Assembly: GCF_001194135.2 (NCBI RefSeq)
Contig: NC_068987.1
Coordinates: 93,950,066 to 94,014,065, forward strand
DNA: 64,000 bases
Direction: 5' to 3'
DNA from: Octopus bimaculoides
Lineage: Eukaryota
The position numbers and the translations under genes were made by a program. Numbering within the stretch: the stretch's first letter is position 1; every line of letters starts with the position of its first letter. The notes under the pieces were generated by a model that was not told where the DNA came from, searched no databases, and saw nothing but the letters and a program-made list of their open reading frames with translations. Shown piece after piece: positions 50,424 through 63,695 of the stretch.

Positions 50424-50762
50424 CGTATATGTATATGCGTGTAATATATGTGTGTATGTATGCCTGCATATGTACATTACTTTGCTGTGTATATATAACG
50501 AGGGGTAAGTTTGTGTTGGTGTGTGTTTGTATATAGGTGCGTATATATCTGTAAGCGTGTGTGTCTTTGGTCAGCATCATACTGGTTATTATTATTCTAC
50601 CCATCCTTAATACTGGTCCAATCAGAATTCTTCTGCAATTAGCCAAATGTTTATATATAGCAACCCGATATATATAATATTAGGGATAAAAATTCAAATT
50701 TACAGGTAAAAACTCAAATTAACTTTGGCTCTTTTCTCTAAATTATATATATATATACATAC

Positions 50763-50798
<36 letters not shown>

Positions 50799-50871
50799 AT
50801 AGAAAAATATATACATATATACATACAAACAATATACATACATATTTAAACACACACACATATACATACAA

Positions 50872-51112
50872 ACGAGGGGGTACTGAAAAGTTCCTTGCTT
50901 TGGGAAAAAGAAAATGCAGGAAGATCAGTTAATTATGATTTTATTCAACATATTCCCTTCTCAGATTCACACACTTATTGCAGCGGTCCTTCAGCTTTTC
51001 TAAGCTCTTCAGGTTTTTCAACACTCTATGAAGAAAAGAACACAGAAGGATTTTGCCTCCAGCTTGGCCTTTCGCGATATCCTAAAAGCCTGGAGATTTT
51101 CGGCAACCTCGC
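50872..51112 (-). mobile_element. mariner-derived MITE (~240 bp)
   Basis: TIR ACGAGGGGGTACTGAAAAGTTCCTTGCTTT with a degenerate partner AAAGCCTGGAGATTTTCGGCAACCTCG. The internal minus strand reads LEKLKDRCNKCVNLRREYVE*, a mariner transposase C-terminus. Confidence 0.8.
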
Positions 51113-51431
51113 TTCCATATAACGACAGATGGATAGATATACAAAGTTATAGGTATGCTTATAAATATAAATGCTTCCATATACCCGCATCTTGACTCCC
51201 ACAAACACACTTACATATGAATTCAAGTGCAAAACCCCTTGCTCCCTTTCCTCTAAAACCATGACCTTACCCGTTGTCCTATTTTTACATCACATTCTTA
51301 AATAATTCCTACATCTTACACAAACCTACTATTTTATTCATCTTGTTTGTGTTGCTGTTGTTGTGGCCCTTAATGTTTTTGGTGTTGTTTTGTTACTTAA
51401 CACCAAACAGTGAATTTGAAAACAAAATGTA

Positions 51432-51679
51432 AAGGAGGTGAAGGATGAGGTGAAGGGGGAGGTGAAGGGGAAGNNNNNNNNNNNNNNNNNNNNNNNNNNN
51501 NNNNNNNNNNNNNNNNNNNNNNNNNNNNNNNNNNNNNNNNNNNNNNNNNNNNNNNNNNNNNNNNNNNNNNNNNNNNNNNNNNNNNNNNNNNNNNNNNNNN
51601 NNNNNNNNNNGGGGGAGGTGAAGGGGAGGTGAAGGGGGAGGTGAAGGGGGAGGTGAAGGGGGAGATGAAGGGGGAGGTG
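51432..51679. repeat. G-rich 12-bp minisatellite (GGAGGTGAAGGG)n spanning a gap
   Basis: Units are visible on both sides of gap 51474-51610. Confidence 0.92.
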
Positions 51680-52523
51680 CAGTACATTGAACGGAGACAA
51701 AAAGAGGACAAAACCTTTTGCTATTCTTTATTGTTGTTGTTGTTGTTGCTGTTGTCATTGTTCTTATTAGTATTACTATTATTATTATTATTATTAGTAT
51801 TATTCTCACATGTTATTGTTACTGTCATTGTTATCATCGATATTGTCGTTGTAATAATTGTTGTTGTTGTTGTTGCTGTTGTCATCAGCTTTGTTATTGG
51901 AACTTTCCATTTTATTGCCATTGACAAACACGTGTCATCTTTTATATCCATCCGTCCAGCCGCTCAGCCGCCTCCCCACCTCACCTCCAACTCATGCTGT
52001 CACGCTAAATATTTCGCTTTTATTATTTACTTTTTCTTCATATGTGTGTATCTGTATGTGGGTGTGTGTGTGTATGCATACTTGTAAGTATGTATGTATG
52101 TATGTATGTATGTATGTATGTATGTATGCCTGCATATGTATATTACTTTGCTGCTAATTTCAAAATGGCTGCAGGGCCAAAGTTTACGAGATTGCAATTC
52201 TTGTACGTATGTGAAAGTGAGGAGTGGCTATGATAACAACAACAACAACAACAACAACATGAATAATAATGTAAGAAAGCAAATAAACTAAACAAATTAG
52301 ATGTTGTGTATGTGATGTTCACATAACTGCGACTGAAATTGGAATGGGTTGAAGTGAGAGTTTGAGAATGATAGGGAATTAAAAAATGATAGGAGAAAAA
52401 AAAAAGGTCTCCTGAAAAATGGGAGAATGGTAATTATCAGAGAGGGACAATGAAGAAAGTTTCAAAAAGTAAAGAGACTAACAGCAGTTTACGTACACAA
52501 ACGCATGCGCGTGTATACATGTA

Positions 52524-52600
<77 letters not shown>

Positions 52601-52704
52601 NNNNNNNNNNNNNNNNNNNNNNNNNNNNNNNNNNNNNNNNNNNNNNNNNNNNNNNNNNNNNNNNNNNNNNNNNNNNNNNNNNNNNNNNNNNNNNNNNNNN
52701 NNNN

Positions 52705-52740
<36 letters not shown>

Positions 52741-54297
52741 GTGGAGGATAAGTTTGTGTGCATGTATGTATGTGTCAGTATATATCGCGAGTATATTAAG
52801 TATATGTGTGTGTGTGTCTGCGTGTAAGATAACTTTGTGCATGTGTCTGCATGTGTGTGTGCACGCGCGCATGTCTGATATATATTTTGTTTAGAAAGTG
52901 GAGATTGAGATAAATTTGGAAAAGAAAGCTGCCATACATGAGTAATGTGGCTATTAAATTTATATCTCTGAAAAAAAAACAAGTGAGATGCTGTGGTGTT
53001 CATGCATTATTGATTATCGTTATGTTGGTACATGAATAGAAGTCGCATTTTGACCTTTGCTTCGCTATATTCCATTTCTGTTTGTCTACCCAAGGTGAAA
53101 CTACGTAAGTCATTGAAAACGAATTTAATTACTATAGATTGGCACAAATGTATAAGTTCATTTCGCAATCACTTGGTTTCCGGTTCGATTCCACAGCATT
53201 CTATTTCGAACAAATGTCGACTCAGTACTCGTGAGTGTTATTGCATTGAAAGGCTTTGTGCCGATCTTCTTAGATATGCCTGTTCTGGGGCACGGAACAT
53301 GATTCGCCGTCTTGTTTAATATCAACAACTAACATTGGACCAGGAGTTTGAACCGGGGTAACTAATTATTTTGATCTGCGTTCTACTGCAGTAAAACCTA
53401 TCATTGTTTCGTTTGCCCCCTTTACCCTTACCTGTCTTGGGGGCCACTGAAATATGTCATGTAAAGATGTAGAGCTAATAACACGTTTCGTAGACAATAG
53501 ATGATCATTATTTGATACGGAATGGAGAGGACAAAAACAGGAAGTAAGGAAATGAATGCTGTGATAGATAGCTTTGGCATGAAGGCACAGAATAGACATA
53601 ATGAAAGATCGACATATAGCGACTTAGATGCAGAGGAGATGGAGCTAAAAGTGAGTATAGTTAGAATCCATAGAGAGAATTATCCTATAGACAAATAGAC
53701 AAAGAGATAAGTGTGTATGGAACGGGGAAAGTAGGAGACAAAGAGAGAAAGAAAGAGTGTATGTATATGTGTGTGTGTTTGTGTGTGTATATATTATTGA
53801 TCTGTGTGTATGTGAATAAACATAAAAGGAGAGGACCTTTTAACATAAAAAATATCATGAATTGTCTCCCGAGTTTAGCACCATCACGTGGCTTCGCTAC
53901 TTTTTCTTGGACCAACACTAGCAACTATTCCTACCGAGTTTTTGGTTTGAAGAAACTTCATGGTGCCAGTATGGAAGGGTTTGAAGAAAGATATAAAACG
54001 TTTGTCTTCCTTTTTAAAACCCTTAGCAAAATCCAAACCATTCTCACGACTTCACAGTTTATAGCAGGAATTTGTTGTTTAATCACATAAAGTACAACTG
54101 TCATGTAGGTGGCGTTGGTCTGTCTCCATGTGTAAGACATTCGACGAAATAATCCAGATGATCTAACAAAGATTAGCTCACCACTTGCACATTCTAGATC
54201 TAATCTGGTTGGAGAAAGAAACCGAATACATATTTTCTGAGCGAAGAAACCGTTAAACAATCTGCCAGAGTACTATCACCACATTTTTCACATATCG

Positions 54298-54353
54298 AAA
54301 GCCTTCAGCATGGCCGCAGTCAAATAATTGAAACAAGTAAAAGAGTGAAAGAG
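54298..54353 (+). mobile_element. SINE family 2 tail fragment (another at 48901-48960, minus strand)
   Basis: CAGCATGGCCGCAGTCAAATAATTGAAACAAGTAAAAGAG. Confidence 0.75.
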
Positions 54354-55224
54354 TTACCTCCTTATTTCACCCTCAGCGAGACATTGAAATATTTAAGTTT
54401 GTTTCTGTTCCCCTGATTCACGTTGTATTGAGCATAAAATATTTTTTGACTAATAACGAACCGTCAAAAGCATAAATATGTTAATTGCGCTCTCTATTAC
54501 GATGCTACGTTAATTAACGACTGTTTTAAGTAATCACAGAATGTTTTATGGTATTGATCTGGAAAGAAGCAGGGTACGCTTTCTCTGACGAGCACTAAAC
54601 AGACTCTGGCGAGGATCGTCAGGGGACTTCAACATATATTCAGAAATAATGCTGGCGTTCTTATATTGCTGAGGCAATATAGGAATTTTTGTAAAATTGA
54701 TACACATAAATTAATACGTATTTGTGTATACATACATAATTGCCTACACACACACACACACACATAAATATATGCATATAACAGAACATACATGGGGTTT
54801 AAAATATATTATAGCTGTTTCAGTAGAATTTTATTGATGTACTCAGAGATTACATCATAGCATAAAATTTACCATCTTCAGGTAAAATTTTAATCAAGTA
54901 TAAACAGGTGAGGTGGTATCTTGATGTTGACGAATCCGATCAACGGTATGATTACATCTGTTTAAATCTGTTTAAAATCTGGAGATAGTGCATTTTATGC
55001 GATGGAGTGATCTATGAATACAGCAATTTTAATTCCCGTTTGTGTTCTTTTTTATACCACGCCGCACCGAGAAACAGCCGTTAGTCGGATCTTCACTACT
55101 CTGCCCACACCCGGTACCTTTGGGGTTGTTTTACTTCATTGTAGACCCTATGTTATTATACCTAGCCATTTCTGGAATCTTATGTGTTGAAGTGACTAGG
55201 TTTTCATGAATCTTATAAATAATA

Positions 55225-55259
<35 letters not shown>

Positions 55260-56181
55260 TTATCTATCCATCTATCTATAGGGAGAGAGAGAGAGACAGA
55301 GAGACAGAGAGAGACAGAGAGAGAGACAGAGTGTGTGTGTGTGTATGCATATGTATATGTAACTTGAAACAATTATAATCTCACTGAAAAGACTTGAGTG
55401 AATTTAAACAAAGTCCCGTTCAGTGTGCGTGCTGTTGGTCAATGTTTCTGGCAATGAAGAACTAGTAACTTCCTGGAAATATATATTTACTATGTCAGGC
55501 CGATAACTAGTTGAAGAATTTCACTTCAACGCACTCCATAAAACCATTATTTTCTCCCTGGTTGTGACGTTACACACTTCTCAGCCGCCATACTTTTCTT
55601 CGTTATTTTATGACCGGACTCAAAATTTTATAGATTAAACAATAACTTTGTCGTCTTTACATGAGCAATAAGGATTTCTGTTTTTAAATATTTGCAACTG
55701 AAAACACGAATATGATTTACATTTGAATGTTTTTATTGAAGTCTTTGATTGTTTTGGTTACTTCGTCGTTATTATACAATAAATTGCTGACCTATAAAGT
55801 ATGACCCAGTTTTTAATCGTCTTATGGCTGGGATTATATGTTTATTTTGGCAGTTGTTACTGCCGATTGTTTTCTCGTAACTTTAGAGCAAGAATTTTAG
55901 GAACGCGCCGTCTGTGTTTTTCTTTCTTTTTCGTTACCATTTCCTGTCTTGAAACGTTTGAACTTGTGGCATCAAGTTCTTTTCAGCAATCAAAACACTC
56001 TATTTATTATTATTTTTTTTTTTTCTTTTCAAATTTCACTATTGTCAGTCATTGGACTGGAATCGGAGGGAGGCAGAGTCTGAAAGAGAAAAAAAAATGT
56101 ATAAGGAGAGTGAAAAAGAGTAAGTTAAACAAAAAGAGAGAGTGGAAGGAGAAGAGGCAGAGAAATAGGGTGAAAGAAGAG

Positions 56182-56214
<33 letters not shown>

Positions 56215-58507
56215 TTGTTTGTCGCTGATGTTTAACCATAGGGACAGTCGGAATTGTACAAAACTGTGGTGAAATCCATTTGAACCATAACAATCCGATA
56301 TTTCTGTCCAACAATAGGCGTTCTCATCCACACTGCAGCGAGTTTATCCATTTCACACATTTCCAGACATGTGGGTGTGATTTTAGAAAGTTTTGCCTGT
56401 TGTTTCCAGCAAATCGATTAACCGCTTAGAACTGTGCGTTCCTGTCTTTTTCCTCCCCTTTTCGTGGGGTTAGTTTGTTGGAGGTAGGTTGGCATCGAGG
56501 TATTAAGGGTGCAATGGATAAACGGGTGCATAGGTTGGTGATTTTGTGCATTAATGAGTAGCGAAGAGTTGAGAGAGAACACAAAATTGTGAAACTATAA
56601 AGAGGAAGTGAAAATCAGAGGGAGGGAGAGAGAGGGGACAGGGGAGAGGGCAGGGAGATATGGGAGCCAGAGAAAGGGGGAGAGAATGAGGCAATGAGAG
56701 AGAGAGAGAGAGAGAGAATGACTGTAAAAATATTACGAAAAGAATAAGGTAAATAGCGATGAAGGAGAAATGTTGAGAATGTGAGGGAAATAATATTAAT
56801 AAAGAAATAAATGACGAAGTAAGGAAATGAGAGAAGGAGAAGAGGATGGAGAAGAGAGAGAGAGAGAGAGAAAACGAGAGTGAGAAATAAGTGGGGAAAA
56901 TAGCATTGTTAATAAAGAGAGATGTGGTTGGTGTATTATGAGCAATAGCAACGGAATTATGAAGTAATTCGAGAAACAAGGAACGACGGCAACAAATTAG
57001 ATTTACCAACACGTAAAACGGATCAGTCAGCAAATTTTATTCTATAGCAATCGTTCATTCTTCATTCTTTCCCCTCTTTCTTTCTCCCCCGCCCCCTCAA
57101 TCTCCCTTTTTTCCCGCCATTTCCTTTTCTATCAATCATATTTCCCTAGAAATCATTTTCCCCTTCCTATTTATTTATTAATCTCATTTTCACACTTTAT
57201 TCTTTCTTTATATATTTTTCCTTCAGTTTTTTCTTTCACTAATTTTCTTTTTCTATTCATTGTTTTTCTTCTTCTCCAGTTTTACACTTTATTTTCCTTT
57301 CATTCTTTTTCTCTTTCTCTTTTCTTTCTCTCCTTCGTCTTCTTATTTATTTATTATCTTTTCCATGTTTTCTTCTCTTCGATAACTTCTATCGTTTTCC
57401 TTTATTCTCCCCAAATTTCATTCTTTTCCTTTCCTCGTTACTTGTTATGTAACAAGTTACCTCAATTATATCTTCTTTTATTTATTTATTTCATTCTTTC
57501 TTCAGTCCACAATTTCCTACTCTATTCTTCAATATTTCTTTTTCTTGCACTTATGTTCTCTCTTTCTTTCGTCTTAATCACTCCTTTATTGGTTCTTTCA
57601 TTTTTGTTCAGCGTCTCATTCATTTCTATCATTATACACATTTGCTGAACCATAATTGACATTAAAAATGTTGATAAGCTAAGGTGACAGCTAACACAGT
57701 TTATTACCTCTTCTCATACACACATATAAACACATAGGCAAGGAGACCGGTCCACATTTAAATCAATGGGTCATTGGCAGTTCGTCCATGCATCCAGCAA
57801 AATAAACCAAAGGAAAAACAAAATCAACAAATATCAGATTGGAGCAAGACAAGAAATTGCTAAAGAAGAGATAGGATGAAATTTATTGCCAAGGAGCGAA
57901 CTTATAATAAAAAAGGGGGAAACTGTCTGCTATTCGCTTGACCTTTGATTTAGAAAATGAAGGGCACACACACAAAACCATTTACTGAACCACGAAGAAA
58001 GGTAGACGATGAGGAGAAGCTATGACACATGGTTTATTGTCTCATCAGTGAATCGGTCTGACTTGAACAGACTGGACTTCGCTCTAGGTGTTCTAGAACG
58101 AGATAGGTGTACTAAAGTGGCTGTTGGAGGTAGTCAGTTACACACCATTAAATACAAATCATCCGAAGGCTTCCGCACAGTTTCCATCAATGGAGTTTCT
58201 AAAACAAGGCTTGAGTCGAGTCAAGGCTACAGCAGAATACACGTATACAAAGAAAACGGCTGTGGATTCGAATCCAGAAATTTGTACATGAGAGTAAACC
58301 GCTTGATCATGTCTGTGCTCATAATAAATTCATGTGAATAAAATAATGAAAGAAAAAAGCATATGTGAGGTGGGGAGAATGTAAATTTAAACTGAAAGAC
58401 AAAGGAGAAAGTTTAAGTAAATATTTCAAGAAAATATGAACATTTATGAAAATAGCATTGAAACTAGGAACAACAATGAGAAGAACGAATATAAATACTA
58501 TGATATA

Positions 58508-58707
58508 TTGGTTAAAAATTTTGGCACAGGTCCGGCAATTTTAGTATAGCGTTAAGTTCTTTAGATTGACCCCTCTACACAAGTGATACTTATTTTTTCG
58601 ACTCCCGAAAGAATGAAAGCAAACTGGAATTTGAACGCTGAACGTAAAGATGGACGAACCACCGCAAGCATTTTGGCAGGTGTGCTTACGATTCTGCCAG
58701 CTCTCCG
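58508..58707 (-). mobile_element. SINE family 1 copy
   Basis: TACTTATTTTTTCGACTCCCGAAAGAATGAAAG, GAATTTGAAC and GATTCTGCCAGCTC. Confidence 0.82.
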
Positions 58708-59189
58708 TCTTTTAAGTATTACAACATATTAAACCAACAACAACAGAAGCAACATCACTAACAACAAAAACAACAACAACGACAGCAGCAACAACAATAA
58801 AAAAGCAACGGCAACAACAGGGACAACTATGTCATCATCTGTAACAACGATGCATTAAAGGAGTTTCAAAGAGTTTGACTTATTTGGTAGAACTACTCTG
58901 AAATCACAAGAGTCGGCCAAATATCTGAAAAGATAAAGCATTAAATAATGTAGTCCAAAATACGTCATGTCTGAACGACTTGCATTATACATGTGAATAT
59001 TAGGAATGGTTTAAGAAACAAAGATTTTGACAGAACCGATGGCTGGAAACAACAGAAACAACTAAATGATGATATGGAGGTCCCAATAGGATTTTAGTAG
59101 GAATATCACTCGTTCAAATAACACAATCGTCAATGTTACAACAGGGTCCAGTTAGAAGGTAGCCATTTTATAAAATAATGTTAATGAGT

Positions 59190-59232
59190 TTAATTGTTAA
59201 TAATAATGATGATGATGATGATGATGATGATG

Positions 59233-59269
<37 letters not shown>

Positions 59270-59274
59270 TGATG

Positions 59275-59337
<63 letters not shown>

Positions 59338-59350
59338 TTAATAATAATAA
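59190..59350. repeat. (GAT)n/(TAA)n array
   Basis: Visible runs. Confidence 0.97.
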
Positions 59351-59745
59351 CAATAAGAAGAAGAAAGCAAATTATGCTGGATCATAGATATAGCATGCAC
59401 AGCTGACAACAAGGTATGCCATAAGGAAGAAAGAAAAGTCGATAGATGTGACAGGTTAGCTTGGGAGTTTAAGCAGTTATGGTCGCTGAAAAAGGTGGCA
59501 GTAGTAGCAATAATTGTCGGAGCCCTAGGAACAGTGAGTAAAATCTTGCGAAGTACATCTTTAGAAGAACAAATAGGGGCTGCAATAAGGGTGGAGCAGC
59601 TTGCAGAAAACTGCACTGCTTGGAACCGCTCGAATACTCCGGAAGGTGTTCGGAAAATAAGAGGTGTTACTTTAGTTCACTGGTATTGAACAACTGACAC
59701 CGTAGTACATCTCCAGTATTAGAAGCTGTGCAAAGACAATGATAA
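59351..59745 (+). mobile_element. R4/Dong-like LINE 3' end, family D, after (TAA)n and ending in TAA/GAT repeats
   Basis: CWIIDIACTADNKVCHKEERKVDRCDRLAWEFKQLWSLKKVAVVAIIVGALGTVSK.../LQKTALLGTARILRKVFGK* (RLE domain), then a 3' UTR. Confidence 0.88.
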
Positions 59746-60043
59746 TAATGATAATAATAATTAAAGATTTCTTTGAGAGTAGCAAAGCATTGGATGTTTT
59801 GGATGGCAACTTGGAATGAATAGATATGGGCTATTGTGGAGAATTTAAGATAACCATAGTCTGAATGTGGTAAGTTAGAATCGATGCGGGCAGCCGTTTC
59901 GAAAAACTTAAATACAGGTTTACTTAAATCCAAATACTTTCTTTGTTATTCACAGACAAACAGGCAGACAGGCAGATACATACACACATATACAGAGAGA
60001 AGGAGGAAGAGAGAGAGAGAGAGAAGCAGAGAGAGAGAGAGAG

Positions 60044-60083
<40 letters not shown>

Positions 60084-60097
60084 NNNNNNNNNNAGAG

Positions 60098-60142
<45 letters not shown>

Positions 60143-60171
60143 GAAGATGTTCATATGTATACACACACATG

Positions 60172-60308
60172 CATATAACGGGTTTCCGCACAGTTTCCGT
60201 GTTTTAAATTCACTTTAGGCAGCCCAGCTTCTATAGCAGAAGGCACTTGCCAAAGTGCCACGCATTCGAACTGAACTCGAAACTAAGTGTTTGCGAATCT
60301 CACAGCTC
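60172..60308 (-). mobile_element. SINE family 2-related head fragment (further decayed heads at about 58150-58320 minus and 53150-53260 plus)
   Basis: CAGTTTCCGT..., CTATAGCAGAAGGCACTTGCC and GAACTGAACTCGAAAC are homologous to 23940-24100. Confidence 0.7.
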
Positions 60309-61862
60309 TTCCTGCTCTTATGTGTATGTCTGGGGGTGGGGAACATGTGTCTATGTTTGTATGTGTATTTTCTTTTATGCGTTTGTATGCATATAAGCAT
60401 GTGTGCGTATATGTATGTAAAATCCTCTGTGTGCATTTATAAATCCACGTTCTTTCCATTAATGCGTTCGAAAGTAGGGAAGTCGTTGCATGGAATACGG
60501 AAAAATACATCTGCAGACTGGATTGTTGGAGTGTTGTGTTGATTATTTGTATAACTTGTACCGTGTTCTTTAAACAATCCTTGTATATTCAATCTGATAA
60601 GGGCATTTGCATACACACACACAAGCACACATCCATATACTAGGCAATAAGTTCCAAAAGGAGACAACGCGTGTGGGACACGTTTTAACAAATGTTGTAT
60701 TAGTTTAACACACACACACACGTGAGCACACACACACACACACAGTGCAGGAAAAAGAATGAGTGAATAAACATAGGACAAAGAGAGAGAGAAACTGTGT
60801 TGGCTGTGAGTGTGTGTGGCGGGGTGTAAATGAGCGAGAGTTATCGGAAGTAACAAAAAAAGCTAAGTCTATCTGGTCGATATAAACGTACATATAATGT
60901 TATATAGATATTGTTTAGTCTATGAAATGAAAGTTTGCTACTGCAGGAAATATTAAGATTTCGGATCTCAAGATTAACAATCCCTACCCCACCCCGTTAC
61001 CTTTATCCTCCATAGCTAAGCTACGGATTCGTCTACCGTGCATTGCTCGATATGACAGATGCCCCTCGGGTGGAAACTTGGGGGTGGTTGATTTTGAAAA
61101 TGGGGTGGTAAGCACGGCCTGATACTGTGGGAAATTCATTTGAAATGTACAATAAAATTCATGTTTAATGATGAAATGGTAAGAATTTGCTAAGAGAAGT
61201 TCGACAACAAATTCCTGAAAAAACAATTTTAAGAATATTACAAACTAAATATGAAAAGCGAATTCTTCNNNNNNNNNNNNNNNNNNNNNNNNNNNNNNNN
61301 NNNNNNNNNNNNNNNNNNNNNNNNNNNNNNNNNNNNNNNNNNNNNNNNNNNNNNNNNNNNNNNNNNNNNNNNNNNNNNNNNNNNNNNNNNNNNNNNNNNN
61401 NNNNNNNNNNNNNNNNNNNNNNNNNNNNNNNNNNNNNNNNNNNNNNNNNNNNNNNNNNNNNNNNNNNNNNNNNNNNNNNNNNNNNNNNNNNNNNNNNNNN
61501 NNNNNNNNNNNNNNNNNNNNNNNNNNNNNNNNNNNNNNNNNNNNNNNNNNNNNNNNNNNNNNNNNNNNNNNNNNNNNNNNNNNNNNNNNNNNNNNNNNNN
61601 NNNNNNNNNNNNNNNNNNNNNNNNNNNNNNNNNNNNNNNNNNNNNNNNNNNNNNNNNNNNNNNNNNNNNNNNNNNNNNNNNNNNNNNNNNNNNNNNNNNN
61701 NNNNNNNNNNNNNNNNNNNNNNNNNNNNNNNNNNNNNNNNNNNNNNNNNNNNNNNNNNNNNNNNNNNNNNNNNNNNNNNNNNNNNNNNNNNNNNNNNNNN
61801 NNNNNNNNNNNNNNNNNNNNNNNNNNNNNNNTATATATATATATATATGTATATACACACAT

Positions 61863-61919
<57 letters not shown>

Positions 61920-62199
61920 CATATTGGTTATTGTTTATGTTTACAAACGGGAAAAACTAAGGAATATATAGAGATTGTACAATATATTAGAAGTCGAATT
62001 TTCTTGTATCAGTCGCAACTGTGTTTCACGTTGCCAATTATTCAAACGATTGTGATGTGACTGATAATGTAAACGAAAAGATATTTGAAAATACACCAGT
62101 ACATGCTTAATCACCGATTCTATTGCCAATAAACTAATCACATACGGATGCGGATGAAGGGTTAGCTCTGATCATCGGCGTCCCATACACACACAAAGA

Positions 62200-62460
62200 C
62201 ACGCAAATATTAAATTTTATTTAATTTGCTTTGCGGGAGCAACTGTTTTATCGAAAGCGTATATTGTTGTTAAATGCACGAAATACGAGACTAGAAAGAC
62301 AGCCAACAACTGATGAAGGGTCGTTTTTTTATGTTGTACGTTTTATTTCCAATTTGCGTCTTTCGTTGTTCGAAAGTATAGTTCATGTTCCATGTAATCG
62401 TACTTCGTACTTTTTTGTTGTACACGTTTCATAACATCCTGTGCTCACATGTGCATATAT
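62200..62460 (+). mobile_element. Possible Penelope-like 3' end (GIY-YIG tail remnant followed by CTGATGA)
   Basis: KFYLICFAGAT/YRKRILLLN-like peptide, then AACAACTGATGAAGGG and a T-rich tail. The assignment is inference. Confidence 0.3.
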
Positions 62461-62576
62461 ATATATATATACACATACGTATAGATGTAAGTATATACAT
62501 ATACGTATGTATATATGCATATATATATATGTATCATTTATATTATATTTACATATACATAAACACACACACATAA

Positions 62577-62620
<44 letters not shown>

Positions 62621-63653
62621 CAAGAATAAGGGCAGGGAATCGTCAATTAGTAATAGAATTAATAATTAACAATTTTGCCAAGTAGTTCAGTATGAAAAAA
62701 CCTTTNNNNNNNNNNNNNNNNNNNNNNNNNNNNNNNNNNNNNNNNNNNNNNNNNNNNNNNNNNNNNNNNNNNNNNNNNNNNNNNNNNNNNNNNNNNNNNN
62801 NNNNNNNNNNNNNNNNNNNNNNNNNNNNNNNNNNNNNNNNNNNNNNNNNNNNNNNNNNNNNNNNNNNNNNNNNNNNNNNNNNNNNNNNNNNNNNNNNNNN
62901 NNNNNNNNNNNNNNNNNNNNNNNNNNNNNNNNNNNNNNNNNNNNNNNNNNNNNNNNNNNNNNNNNNNNNNNNNNNNNNNNNNNNNNNNNNNNNNNNNNNN
63001 NNNNNNNNNNNNNNNNNNNNNNNNNNNNNNNNNNNNNNNNNNNNNNNNNNNNNNNNNNNNNNNNNNNNNNNNNNNNNNNNNNNNNNNNNNNNNNNNNNNN
63101 NNNNNNNNNNNNNNNNNNNNNNNNNNNNNNNNNNNNNNNNNNNNNNNNNNNNNNNNNNNNNNNNNNNNNNNNNNNNNNNNNNNNNNNNNNNNNNNNNNNN
63201 NNNNNNNNNNNNNNNNNNNNNNNNNNNNNNNNNNNNNNNNNNNNNNNNNNNNNNNNNNNNNNNNNNNNNNNNNNNNNNNNNNNNNNNNNNNNNNNNNNNN
63301 NNNNNNNNNNNNNNNNNNNNNNNNNNNNNNNNNNNNNNNNNNNNNNNNNNNNNNNNNNNNNNNNNNNNNNNNNNNNNNNNNNNNNNNNNNNNNNNNNNNN
63401 NNNNNNNNNNNNNNNNNNNNNNNNNNNNNNNNNNNNNNNNNNNNNNNNNNNNNNNNNNNNNNNNNNNNNNNNNNNNNNNNNNNNNNNNNNNNNNNNNNNN
63501 NNNNNNNNNNNNNNNNNNNNNNNNNNNNNNNNNNNNNNNNNNNNNNNNNNNNNNNNNNNNNNNNNNNNNNNNNNNNNNNNNNNNNNNNNNNNNNNNNNNN
63601 NNNNNNNNNNNNNNNNNNNNNNNNNNNNNNNNNNNNNNNNNNNNNNNNNNNNN

Positions 63654-63695
<42 letters not shown>

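Larger units (their letters stand above)
650..63653. other. 19 assembly gaps (N runs)
   Basis: N runs at 650-771, 5076-5459, 12524-13238, 16011-16368, 18849-19157, 20156-20264, 22736-22745, 22948-22957, 25240-25753, 31033-31581, 35364-35616, 36944-37253, 41312-41523, 50181-50370, 51474-51610, 52601-52704, 60084-60093, 61269-61831, 62706-63653. Most are bordered by simple repeats. Confidence 0.99.

Noticed and set aside
56230-56420. Minus-strand open frame of about 60 codons (KLAAVWMRTPIVGQKYRIV...)
   Set aside because: No credible splice sites and no recognisable motif. The length is within chance expectation.
58015-58052. Minus-strand CTGATGA with GACA/TGTC stem II
   Set aside because: No GAAA follows the stem.
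62315-62400. CTGATGA...GAAA as a third hammerhead
   Set aside because: Stems I-III cannot be paired convincingly.
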